NCBI GenBank assembly: GCA_963734545.1
Contig: CAVTHO010000003.1
Span: 160,001 to 224,000, forward strand
DNA length: 64,000 nt
Reading direction: 5' to 3'
Source: an uncultured Spirochaetota bacterium
Lineage (GTDB): Bacteria > Spirochaetota > Spirochaetia > SZUA-6 > Fen-1364
Each line of letters opens with the position of its first letter. The stretch's first letter is position 1. The notes beneath the pieces are model-generated. The model ran no database searches and was not told the DNA's origin. It saw only the letters and a program-made list of their open reading frames with translations. This document shows, piece by piece, positions 18,420 to 27,860 of the stretch. The position numbers were made by a program, and so were the translations under genes.

Positions 18420-18944
18420 ATGAACATGTTCTGCATCTCTGATCGGGACTCGCATACCGCGCTCTCTGATGACTTGATGAAGAAAGTGCAGGCGCTGGCC
18501 GAGGAAAAAGGCTGCGCCCTCGAGTCGATTGCGCTGGACCGAAACGAGACAGCCGCCTGCACGGGGTGCCTGCGATGCTGGAGCGAGCAAACGAGGGAAT
18601 GCGTCAGCCGGGACCTGCTGGGAGACATTACCCGGCACAAGAAAAACTGCGGCGTGGTGGTGTACGTGACCCCGGTCACATTCGGAGGCATGATCTCCAC
18701 GGTGAAGACCGCATGGGACAAGGACGCTCACCTCTTTGCGAACAAGGACCGGTTGAAGCTCGTCATCGGGTATGGAGAAGATGTGGACGATGAGGAAAAG
18801 AGCACCTTTGTGGATACCATCGTCCTGCACCGCGGCGCCGCCGACATTGTGCATCCGGGACAGAAAGAAGCCATCAAGGTCTTTGTGACCAGGTCCAGTG
18901 ACGATACCCGTGCCGTGTGCGAAGAGATCCGGAGGGTCCTGTGA
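18420..18944 (+). CDS. Flavodoxin-fold / iron-sulfur flavoprotein-like protein
   Basis: CTGCLRCW-x5-C cysteine motif and YVTPVTFGG. Confidence 0.7.
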   Translation: MNMFCISDRDSHTALSDDLMKKVQALAEEKGCALESIALDRNETAACTGCLRCWSEQTRECVSRDLLGDITRHKKNCGVVVYVTPVTFGGMISTVKTAWDKDAHLFANKDRLKLVIGYGEDVDDEEKSTFVDTIVLHRGAADIVHPGQKEAIKVFVTRSSDDTRAVCEEIRRVL

Positions 18945-19588
18945 AAAGAATATGTTTCATAAACGGAAGCCTGAGAGGAAAGGCCGCCTCGTCTCTCAAG
19001 TTCCTGCACGGCGTGGACAAGCTCCTGAGCGACACGGAATTCGAAAAGCCAATCATCACGGTCAAGACCTTGATGCCCGGCGGTTATCCCGCGGAGATAT
19101 TGAAGATGATCGGGGACGCGAATGCCCTTGTCATCGCATTTCCGCTTTTCTGCTACAGCCTTCCCGGGGCCCTGATGAGACTGCTGGAAGACTACAATGC
19201 ATATGCGAGGCAGAACGGCGCCCGGCACGAGACCAGGGTATATGCTATCGTGAATTGCGCATTTGCCGAGCCGGAAATAAACGCTGAAGCAATCCGTGTC
19301 ATGCGGAACTTCTGCAGAAGCGCCGGTCTTGAATGGAGGTTCGCTCTTTCAATCGGATGCGGCCCGGTTGCCGTCCTTGCCAGTGTCATACCGTTTCTGA
19401 ACATGCGAATCAGGAGGGGATTTCGGGAAATAGCGGATGATATCCGGCAGGATCGCAGAGACGCCCGCGCAACGTTCATGGTGAAGCCGTTCATTTCGAA
19501 GAAGATTCTGCTTGCCATACGGGACGGGTTGGAGAAGAAGGCCCAACGGCGCCTTGAAAGAAAGATGAAGCTGAACTATGGAAAATAA
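18941..19588 (+). CDS. NAD(P)H-dependent FMN reductase-like flavodoxin-fold protein
   Basis: FINGSLRGK, AFPLFCYSLP and IVNCAFAE; GTGA overlap with the previous gene. Confidence 0.7.
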   Translation: MKRICFINGSLRGKAASSLKFLHGVDKLLSDTEFEKPIITVKTLMPGGYPAEILKMIGDANALVIAFPLFCYSLPGALMRLLEDYNAYARQNGARHETRVYAIVNCAFAEPEINAEAIRVMRNFCRSAGLEWRFALSIGCGPVAVLASVIPFLNMRIRRGFREIADDIRQDRRDARATFMVKPFISKKILLAIRDGLEKKAQRRLERKMKLNYGK

Positions 19589-19600
19589 GGGGGGCCGAAG

Positions 19601-20422
19601 ATGGGGATAAAAGGCGAGTGGATCAGCTACGGAGAAGGATCGGGCTACTTTGCCAGTGCCCGAAAGGGCGCCGACGCCTCTGCCCGGCGTGCTGGTCATC
19701 CAGGAAATCGGCGGCGTCAACGGGCACATCGAGGACGTGACACGCCGCATCGCCGCGGCGGGCTACGCGGCCCTGGCGCCCGACCTGTATGCCGTGGACG
19801 GCAAGCGGCCGGAGGCGCTGACAAAAGAGAGGTTTGCGGAAGCATTCGGCTTCGCGGCCAGGCTTCCCCCCGGGACCATGTTCAATCCGGCCGCCAGGGA
19901 AGCGGCGCTCGCAAAGCTCGGAGAGGCCGAGAGGCGGCTGATAAGCGAAACATTCAGCCAGATGTTCTCATTCGCCGCGCCGGGACGAGACGGGATCCCT
20001 CATGGGCCCGCTCGTCCGCGGATTCCGGCACCTCCGCGAGGAACGCACTGAGACCCGGGGGCAGAAGATAGCCTGCGTGGGCTTCTGCATGGGCGGCGGC
20101 CTGTCGGCCCTCCTGGCCTGTGAGGAGCCCGAGCTTTCCGGTGCAGCGGTGTTCTACGGCATGGCGCCGCCCGCGGAGAAGATCGCCGCCATCGCCTGTC
20201 CCGTCATTGCCTTCTACGGCGCCATGGATCAGCGCGTCAACGCGGGCATACCCGGCTTCCAGGAGGCAATGCGCGCGGCAGGCAAGTCCTTCGAGCACCA
20301 CATCTACGAAGGGGCGGGCCACGCCTTCTTCAACGACGACGGGCCTTCGTACGACGTGAATGCTGCCCGTGATTCCTACGCGCGACTGCTTGCCTTCTTC
20401 GCGAAAGACACTCTCCGGATAG
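19601..20422 (+). CDS. Dienelactone hydrolase family protein (frameshifted)
   Basis: Pieces in different frames: [24 protein letters not shown] and [11 protein letters not shown]; shifts near 19650, 19995 and 20405. Confidence 0.8.
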
Positions 20423-20432
20423 GAGGCGACGC

Positions 20433-21610
20433 ATGGATTCGCCGCAGCCAAGCTGCAGCCCCAGCTCGAACGGCCCCGCGAATGCCTTGTCATGGCCAAG
20501 CCCGCGGGACCGCGCTGCAACATGCGCTGCGCGTACTGCTACTACATCGGGAAGGAGGCGGTATTGCGGGCAAGGCCCGGGCCGCCTGCCCACCGACCTG
20601 CTGGAACGCTTCATCGAGCAGAGGCTCCAGTCCTCCCGCGAGTCCGTCGTGCACTTTGAATGGCACGGGGGAGAGCCGACGCTCCTGGGCCTGGACTATT
20701 TCCGTTCGATAGTCCGGATGCAGCGCGCGCATCTGCCGCCGGGGCGCACGGTCTCCAACGGACTGCAGACGAACGGATATCTTCTGAACGGGGCCTGGGC
20801 CGATTTCCTGGCAGCAGAAGGCTTCTCCGTTGGTCTGAGCCTGGACGGGCCCGAGGAGCTGCACGATGCGTTCAGGAGAAGCGCCGACGGCGGGCCCACG
20901 CACGCGCGGGTGGAGCGGGCCTATGCGCTTCTCAAGGAAAGGGGCGTTTTCGTCAACCTGCTGTGCGTGCTTCACGCCCGCAACGCCACGGAACCGGACA
21001 GGGTCTACGACTATTTCCGCGGCCTTGGGGCCACGCACTTTCAGTTCCTGCCGCTGGTTGCGGGGACCGCGGGCACGGACTCCGCCGCGGCGGAGCCCGA
21101 TGCAGGTCGGCGGAATTCCTCTGCCGAGTATTCGACCGCTGGATTCACGAGGACGTGGGCCGGGTTGTGATCCAGAACATCGACGAGGCGTTGCGCCCGA
21201 TCTATGGGCTCCCGCATGCCCTCTGCATCCATCGCGAGACCTGCGGGGATGTTGCGGTGCTCGAGCGTGACGGCGCCTTCTACGCGTGCGACCATTTCGT
21301 CGATGCGGATCACCTGGTCGGCAACCTGCGCGAGCGGAGCCTGGCGGACCTGGCCGCCGACCCGCGCATGATCGATTTCGGCAACGCGAAGCGGGACACG
21401 CTGCCGCGCGTCTGCCGTGAGTGCGACGTCCTCTCGTGGTGCAACGGCGGATGCCCCAAGGATCGCGCGCCCGCGGCCCCCGGTGAGGCCGGCGGCGTGA
21501 ACAGGCTCTGCGCTGCCTACAAGAAGTTCTTCCGCCATTGCAGGCCCGAGCTGACGAGATTGGCGGCGCACATGCACGCGGGACGGCCGCTGCGGGAGTT
21601 CACTGTCTGA
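20433..21610 (+). CDS. Anaerobic sulfatase maturase-like radical SAM/SPASM enzyme (frameshifted)
   Basis: MAKPAGPRCNMRCAYCYY, WHGGEPTL, QTNG, SLDGP and SPASM cysteines (YACDHF, CRECDVLSWCNGGCP), split across frames. Confidence 0.85.
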
Positions 21611-21755
21611 GGAGTCGTTCCTCAACGGGGCTGCCGGTCGCGAGCGCGCGGCCCCGCGGCCAGGGCATGCCGGTGTTCCCGCACCTCCAGGACTTCTCCC
21701 TGAATGTTGCGGGCGGAATTTGGTTGCGGAGATCTCTTTCTGCTATATAATGACA

Positions 21756-21890
21756 GCATAAATAAGTTGAAGCGACTGAAAGTGCGTACGATCTGCCCAA
21801 GTCACAGAAAGCGCGCTGCGGGAGGGATCCCTGCAAAGGCCGCAGGCGGTCTGCATTGACGCCCGCCTCTTCAGCCGCCCGACACAGGCA
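21756..21890 (+). repeat. Degenerate attC-like site
   Basis: GCATAAATAAGTTGAAGCGACTGAA ... TTCAGCCGC inverted arms; the R boxes are eroded. Confidence 0.35.
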
Positions 21891-21985
21891 TTACGAGTCC
21901 ACTCGCATAACTCGACGTCCGAGGGAGTTGCACGGCGAAGGCAGAACATACCTTGTGAAGATATTGTGCCGTTCGATGCGACGCC

Positions 21986-22041
21986 GCGTAACATATGCGA
22001 TAGCGCGGTTAGCGGCCGCACCGTACAATAAGATGTTATGC
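21986..22041 (+). repeat. Short attC-like site preceding the RM cassette
   Basis: GCGTAACAT ... ATGTTATGC terminal inverted repeat (8/9 match) with a canonical GTT core. Confidence 0.55.
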
Positions 22042-22121
22042 AAAACGGAGTTGTTACCTTGACCAAATGCCATTTGCCCAAATGTGCTGTACAGCCAATA
22101 CAGCTATGATATAGTCCGATT

Positions 22122-25100
22122 ATGGGACTAACAGACTTTGATAGGGCGTACGATCGCGTCAAGTCGCTGTCCGAGACCTTCGAGCGAGGCATTACCCGAT
22201 ATATGTCTTCTATATATCAAGAAGCTGAAGCACGCAAGGATTTCATAGACAAATTGTTCATCGCACTTGGATGGGATGTTAATCACGATATTCAACTAAA
22301 CCCCTATGAGCAGGAAGTAAAGGTAGAGCGGGCAATATCTATCTCATCCAGCCAGCGGAGAGCAGATTATGCGTTTTGCTGCTCTCCAAACTACAGGGAT
22401 GTAAGGTTCTATGTTGAAGCTAAGAAGCCTTATAGCGACATTGGCAACGCCGAAAACTACTTTCAGACAATACGGTACGGATGGAATAGCGGTACCGCAC
22501 TTGCGGTTCTGACAGACTATGATCAATTCCATATTCTTGATTGTCGCTACAAACCGGATCCAGAAACCATATTAAGCCGAGCCCTTCGTGTCTACCACTA
22601 TACCGACTATATCGATAAAGACAGCTTCGCAGAAATATACTGGCTGTTTTCCCACGAAGCCGTTGCAGGTGGATCCATCGAGAAGCGTTCAGCCGAGTTA
22701 CCTAAGCCTCGAGGGAAGGCGGTGCAACGAGAGCTCTTTCCCGGTGCCTATAAACCCGTAGATGAAGCATTTCTTGAAGACCTAGACGAGTATCGCATTA
22801 CCCTGGCACGTTCCTTTAAGGCGAGTAATCCTGAACTTGATGGTGAGGCTCTTACTGAAATAGTTCAGCGTACTCTCGACCGACTCGTCTTCTTAAGATT
22901 CTTAGAAGATAAGCAAATCGAACAAGAGCCTATAGTTGCCAATTTAGGAAGCCATTCGAGTGCATGGGATGATTTTATAGCTACTAGTCGTCGATTGAAT
23001 AGCATTTATGATGGAATGCTGTTTAAGCATCACAATCTCCTTGACTCCAAGGAGACAAAAATCGACGAAACTGCATTTGCCAAAATTTGTGAGTCTCTTG
23101 CTCACATAAATACTCCATATGATTTTAATGCTATCCCGATCTATATCCTCGGTTCAATTTATGAGAGATTCCTGGGAAAGGTGCTTGTCGCTACCGAAAA
23201 GAGAGTCTATCTAGAAGAAAAGGCCGAAGTAAAGAAGGCTGGAGGCGTCTATTACACGCCAGAGTACATTGTCCAATACATCGTTGATAGGACAGTAGGT
23301 AGAATTATCGAGGGAAAGACACCCGCGCAGATTTCTAACCTAAGATTTATTGATATTGCATGTGGCAGCGGCTCATTCCTTCTCGGAGTATATGACAAGC
23401 TCGTAGATTATCATGGAAATTATTACAACTCATTAGGGAGGGAAGATAGAGACCGCCTCGTAAAGCGTGGAGATTGCATAGAGCGAAACGGAAGAATCTA
23501 TGTCTCTCTAAAAAAGAAAAGATCCATTCTATTGAATAATATATATGGAGTTGACATAGATTCACAAGCAATAGAGCTTGCGCAACTTTCACTCTATCTT
23601 AAGCTATTAAAGGACGAGACAATTGTAAGCTCTCATGAGCATCAATTAGAGTTCCATGAGGCACTGTTGCCCTCCTTATCGTCCAACCTTATTTGTGGTA
23701 ATTCAATTTTGGGGACCGAGATACTTCAGGGCAAGCTTTTTAGCATAGAAGAGGAAAAGAAGCTTAATCCCATGAATTTTAAGGATGCGTTTCCGGCCGC
23801 AATAGCAGCCGGGGGTTTTGATGTAGTAATCGGAAACCCTCCATATCGGAGAGAATTAGATTACAAGCATTTGTTGGATCAAATAGCACAAGGTAGTCTT
23901 GGCAAGAAATATCGTTGCGCTCGTATGGACCTTTGGTACTATTTCGTACATCGCGGCATGGAGATTATGAAGCCAAAAGGTCTGCTGTCTTTTATTGTAA
24001 ACGCATACTGGATTGCTGGTACTGGATCAGAGAAACTGATTCAGACAATGAAAGATTCATCGCACATTGAAGAGATTTTTGCCTTGGGAAAGATGAAAGT
24101 ATTCGAAAAAGTATCTGGCCAACATATGATAATTCGCATCCAAAAGGGCAAATCTAGTGCACAAACGGTGCTTAGGACGGTCATAGGTGGCAATGAAAGG
24201 ACCGCTGAACCTTTTTTTACAGGGCTAGGAAAAGTAGTAAGCCTAAGAAAAACGCCGAAAGAGTTGTTCCTGGACGGAAAAATCGACATTCAACCAGGCA
24301 GTGGTGTATTGTTAAGAAAAATCGATCGCGGAGTGAAGCTCTCTCAATTGGGGATTGTAAGACAAGGAATTGCAGAGAATCCATCCTCAATTAACCGGAA
24401 AACAAACAAAAAGTTTGGTGAAAAATGGAAAGAAGGTGAGGGTGTATTTGCGCTTACAAGCAGTGAAGCAAAACGGCTGAAATTGACTATCCAAGAAAGG
24501 CAATTGCTAAGGCCTTACCATGATCTGTGTGATCTTGATAGGTATTGGATAAGAGAAGCGGCATCTTATCTGCTAATATATTCAACTCCTAAGACATGCC
24601 CGGACATAAAGGTCTATCCAAATATTTATGCGCACCTCAGCAAGTTTCGTGAGATTACATCTGCTCGTAGAGAGACAAGAAACGGGTCTAACCAATGGTG
24701 GCACTTGCATTGGCCTCGCGATGAAGAAATATGGAAAGCAAGCAAGATCATCTCCATACAGATGGCCGCAAGGCCAAGCTTCTCTTGTTCAGAGCAACCC
24801 GTATATTTGCCTTTTAGTGTGAATGTTTTTGTTCCGAACAATATGGTGAAAGAAAACATGAAGTATGTCCTTGCGCTTCTGAATTCCAAGGTTTTGTGGC
24901 ATTGGTTTAGCCATCACGCAAAACGAAGGGGGGTTGGCCTAGAGATAAATGGCAATGTCTTATCTTCTGCACCGATTCGAAGGATAAACTTCAGTATTGC
25001 AAAAGAAAAGCGAATTCACCAAGAATTGGTCGAATTGGTGGATGCAAATATTAAGGCGATTAACCAGGTAAAGATAGGCGTAACGGAGAAAAATCTTGCC

Positions 25101-25211
25101 TACTACGAAAGTAGGCAAAAGTCAATCGATCGGCAAATTGATCAACATATTTATCAGCTTTATGGTCTTTCGGAAGAGGAGGCGGGTCTCTTGGACAAGG
25201 AGTATGAATAG
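22122..25211 (+). CDS. Fused type IIG restriction endonuclease / N6-adenine methyltransferase (Eco57I/TaqI-like)
   Basis: RADY...VEAKK PD-(D/E)xK, LGSIYERFLG, GVYYTP, DIACGSGSF (motif I), GNPPY (motif IV) and a C-terminal TRD; AT-rich relative to the flanks. Confidence 0.92.
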   Translation: MGLTDFDRAYDRVKSLSETFERGITRYMSSIYQEAEARKDFIDKLFIALGWDVNHDIQLNPYEQEVKVERAISISSSQRRADYAFCCSPNYRDVRFYVEAKKPYSDIGNAENYFQTIRYGWNSGTALAVLTDYDQFHILDCRYKPDPETILSRALRVYHYTDYIDKDSFAEIYWLFSHEAVAGGSIEKRSAELPKPRGKAVQRELFPGAYKPVDEAFLEDLDEYRITLARSFKASNPELDGEALTEIVQRTLDRLVFLRFLEDKQIEQEPIVANLGSHSSAWDDFIATSRRLNSIYDGMLFKHHNLLDSKETKIDETAFAKICESLAHINTPYDFNAIPIYILGSIYERFLGKVLVATEKRVYLEEKAEVKKAGGVYYTPEYIVQYIVDRTVGRIIEGKTPAQISNLRFIDIACGSGSFLLGVYDKLVDYHGNYYNSLGREDRDRLVKRGDCIERNGRIYVSLKKKRSILLNNIYGVDIDSQAIELAQLSLYLKLLKDETIVSSHEHQLEFHEALLPSLSSNLICGNSILGTEILQGKLFSIEEEKKLNPMNFKDAFPAAIAAGGFDVVIGNPPYRRELDYKHLLDQIAQGSLGKKYRCARMDLWYYFVHRGMEIMKPKGLLSFIVNAYWIAGTGSEKLIQTMKDSSHIEEIFALGKMKVFEKVSGQHMIIRIQKGKSSAQTVLRTVIGGNERTAEPFFTGLGKVVSLRKTPKELFLDGKIDIQPGSGVLLRKIDRGVKLSQLGIVRQGIAENPSSINRKTNKKFGEKWKEGEGVFALTSSEAKRLKLTIQERQLLRPYHDLCDLDRYWIREAASYLLIYSTPKTCPDIKVYPNIYAHLSKFREITSARRETRNGSNQWWHLHWPRDEEIWKASKIISIQMAARPSFSCSEQPVYLPFSVNVFVPNNMVKENMKYVLALLNSKVLWHWFSHHAKRRGVGLEINGNVLSSAPIRRINFSIAKEKRIHQELVELVDANIKAINQVKIGVTEKNLAYYESRQKSIDRQIDQHIYQLYGLSEEEAGLLDKEYE

Positions 25212-25286
25212 TAATTGAATTGAGATGGCCCTTGTGAGTATTTCAGTCGTCGAGATAGCAATTAAAGTGGAATTGAAAACTGTTTT

Positions 25287-25401
25287 GCATAACAAATCGT
25301 TGCAGTTGTCCCCTAGACGACGTTTGGAAGAGCCAATGCAGTTTCGCAATGCCGTTCATTGCTGTGCTGATGCTGCGGGGCAACTGAACTCTATGCTCGG
25401 C
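25287..25401 (+). repeat. attC site
   Basis: R'' GCATAAC-AAATCG-L'' TTGCAGTTGTCCCC ... L' GGGGCAACTGAA-CTCTAT-R' GCTCGGC; two extrahelical bases. Confidence 0.8.
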
Positions 25402-25479
25402 GTTTTCACTTGAATTCGCGTGGCTCTGCTCCTTGTGCATTGCTCCTGAGACTACGAATGAAAGTTAGGAGGTAACCCC

Positions 25480-27639
25480 ATGATTCAGAACTTCAGCGTC
25501 GCATTCCAGCAGATGGCAAGCTTTCTTTCGATATCAAAACTCCGCGCATTCCCTGATATCCTTGAGGAGCTCGTGCAGCAAAGCCTGGTCATCCTTCCCA
25601 GCGACAGGCACGGGAACGCGCAGGACGTCTCAGCCTCGCTGCAATCTCTCTTTGGTCTCCAGCTGAACGACAAGGATATTCAAGCTGCAATCGACTCTCT
25701 GGTTGCCCGAAAGGCCGTGCAGACACTCGCAAACGGCAGCCTGGCGCTCGAAGAATCAAATGCGGTGCGCATAGAAAGACGAATCCAGGACGCCAGAGAG
25801 CTGGAGTTCAGAGTGAAGGCTAAGTGGACCGCAGCAGTTGGCCGGAAAAAGTGCTGCGTAGTTTCGGACGACCTTTGGAAGGCACTGCGGGACTTTTTGC
25901 AGCAAGCTTTTCGCAGACACGGAATTCAAGTTGCGGCGCTGGTGGACCCAAACATCGACGTTTCGCACGAGCAGTCCAGCAGCTTGAGCTACATTGTGGA
26001 CGAAACGGTTGCCAGACTCTTCCCTCAGCTTGCTCCCGCTGAGAAGCGGTCAGCCGCTGAAGTCATTTCCTCCTTCTTTGACGCAGGCTCAATTGACAAT
26101 GACCGCGCACGGTACATTTCGGGTTTGGCGGATGGAGCCTTCAACTACTTTTCTCTTTCGATTGCTCCCGATGTATCGAAGCGGTTCCGTGATAAGCTGG
26201 ACAGCCTGACCATTTTCATGGATACCAACTTTTTGTTTGGCATTTTAGATCTCCACCTCAATACCCAGGTCGACGTTTCAGCCGAGCTTGTTGAAGCAAT
26301 AAACAGGTTCCGACTGCCTTTCAAAATGAGATATCACGAGGCGACTTCAAGGGAACTCACGAACACCCTCACGTTCTATTCTTCTGTGTTGCGGTCAACG
26401 AAGTGGCCTCAAGCGATAAGCCGGGCGGCTAACAACCTCGGCGCGCTCTCAGGAATTGAGCTAAAGTATCACCAATTGAACGCTGAGCGAAGAGTCGACG
26501 TTGAGGACTTCCTTGCACCTTACCAGCAATGGCAGATTCTTCTCAAATCCAAAGGCATCGACGTCTATAGAGGAGATTCCTCTGAGGAACGACTGCGCAG
26601 ACGCGCAGATCTCGAGGATGCGTATCGGAGATACTTTGCGCAAGTGGGGCGCACAAAGTTTCCCGAAGCTGTCCAACACGACATGGCCGTCCTTGAAGCA
26701 GTTCGCTCGCTGAGGACTCCTAACAGAGCGGCGCTGGAGTCCGGTGCCATGTTGCTAACCTGCGACCACCACTTGTTCAGATTTGACAGCATTTCCAGCC
26801 GGCAATCGCGTGACTTCGGCTGCACGATGCTTCCGAGCGTGTTTTGGCAAGTATTGAGGCCCTTCGTTGCCGACGCATCTGACTACGACAAGGCCTTCGC
26901 CGAGTCTTTCGGCATTCCTGAGTTTAGCCTCACTCGGGGAAACGCCTCAAAGGCGGCGACGAGAATGCTCAGCATCCTTGCGAGTTACAAAGACATCCCA
27001 GAAGAAACGGCCGCGGCAATGCTTTCGAGCTCCATGGTACTCTCGCAAATAGAGAGAGCGGAGAGCGATGAGGACTTTTACCGAATCATCGACAGTGAAC
27101 TTGCGCGGCAAAACACGAGCCTAATTGAAGAACTGGCCGAAGTCGAAAAGCAGAAGCAAATAGAGCAGGAGAGCGCAACGCAGAGGGCGAAGGAATTGGC
27201 CCAGGCGAAGGGAATCATTGCGGACAAAGAAGCTGAGCTCGCGAACCTCGAGAAAGAGCTCGCGGAGCGAGATGATGTCGCAAGCATAAAGCGCAAACAG
27301 CTGTCTGCAGCGGCCGAGGCAAGGCAAGTTGCAGAGGATCAAGCCTCTAGCCAACAGACAGCTATAGATTCGTCTAGGCGTCAGATCCGCAACCTCCGGC
27401 GCGGTGTTGGACTGTCGGTAGGGCTTCTACTGAGTCTCGTGTTCTATTTGCTTATCAACATGGTAGGAGTTTGGCCGTGGCTCCAGAACCATTACCACTC
27501 GGTCGGAATCCAAGCGTCCGCCATTATCTTACTGATTCTTGCTGCGCTCGGCATTGCGGAGCCGAACCGGCGCCTTCGGTTGCTTTGGTTTGCGGCCACT
27601 GCCTTACCGGTCATTGGAGCTTTGCTGACCATTTTGTGA
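25480..27639 (+). CDS. Hypothetical protein: wHTH-like N-terminus, PIN-like domain, coiled coil, C-terminal TM helices
   Basis: IFMDTNFL...E...HDMAVL...LLTCD acidic pattern; long EKQ-rich helix; three hydrophobic segments; strong RBS AGGAGG. Confidence 0.7.
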   Translation: MIQNFSVAFQQMASFLSISKLRAFPDILEELVQQSLVILPSDRHGNAQDVSASLQSLFGLQLNDKDIQAAIDSLVARKAVQTLANGSLALEESNAVRIERRIQDARELEFRVKAKWTAAVGRKKCCVVSDDLWKALRDFLQQAFRRHGIQVAALVDPNIDVSHEQSSSLSYIVDETVARLFPQLAPAEKRSAAEVISSFFDAGSIDNDRARYISGLADGAFNYFSLSIAPDVSKRFRDKLDSLTIFMDTNFLFGILDLHLNTQVDVSAELVEAINRFRLPFKMRYHEATSRELTNTLTFYSSVLRSTKWPQAISRAANNLGALSGIELKYHQLNAERRVDVEDFLAPYQQWQILLKSKGIDVYRGDSSEERLRRRADLEDAYRRYFAQVGRTKFPEAVQHDMAVLEAVRSLRTPNRAALESGAMLLTCDHHLFRFDSISSRQSRDFGCTMLPSVFWQVLRPFVADASDYDKAFAESFGIPEFSLTRGNASKAATRMLSILASYKDIPEETAAAMLSSSMVLSQIERAESDEDFYRIIDSELARQNTSLIEELAEVEKQKQIEQESATQRAKELAQAKGIIADKEAELANLEKELAERDDVASIKRKQLSAAAEARQVAEDQASSQQTAIDSSRRQIRNLRRGVGLSVGLLLSLVFYLLINMVGVWPWLQNHYHSVGIQASAIILLILAALGIAEPNRRLRLLWFAATALPVIGALLTIL

Positions 27640-27668
27640 TCCTGTCGGACCTGCAAGGTCAGAAAAAC

Positions 27669-27784
27669 GCCTAACAAATCGTTGCAGTAGTCGCCTTAAA
27701 GGCCGTCTGGATCGGAAGGTGCAGTTCGGAATTCCAAATTGGGCCGAGGCTGATGCGGCGGCGCTACTCAACTCTATCTTATGA
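27669..27784 (+). repeat. attC site
   Basis: GCCTAAC-AAATCG-TTGCAGTAGTCGCC ... GGCGCTACTCAA-CTCTAT-CTTATGA; covaries with the 25287 copy. Confidence 0.8.
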
Positions 27785-27860
27785 CGCAGGAGATACTGAT
27801 ATCTCAGGGTCGGGGCATGCGGGCTTGCTCGTAGACTACGCCGGTCCTGCCGAGTAGGCT

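Noticed and set aside
19601-21610. Frameshifts as pseudogenes or programmed frameshifting (also in selA, 30900, 34478, 36545, leuD, GH13 and the cyclase)
   Set aside because: Scattered single-base indels, including in conserved genes with intact motifs and with no consistent slippery site, point to assembly error
22088-22104. LexA-like box CTGT...ACAG upstream of the RM gene
   Set aside because: The spacer is 9 nt rather than 8, and the host's LexA motif is unknown
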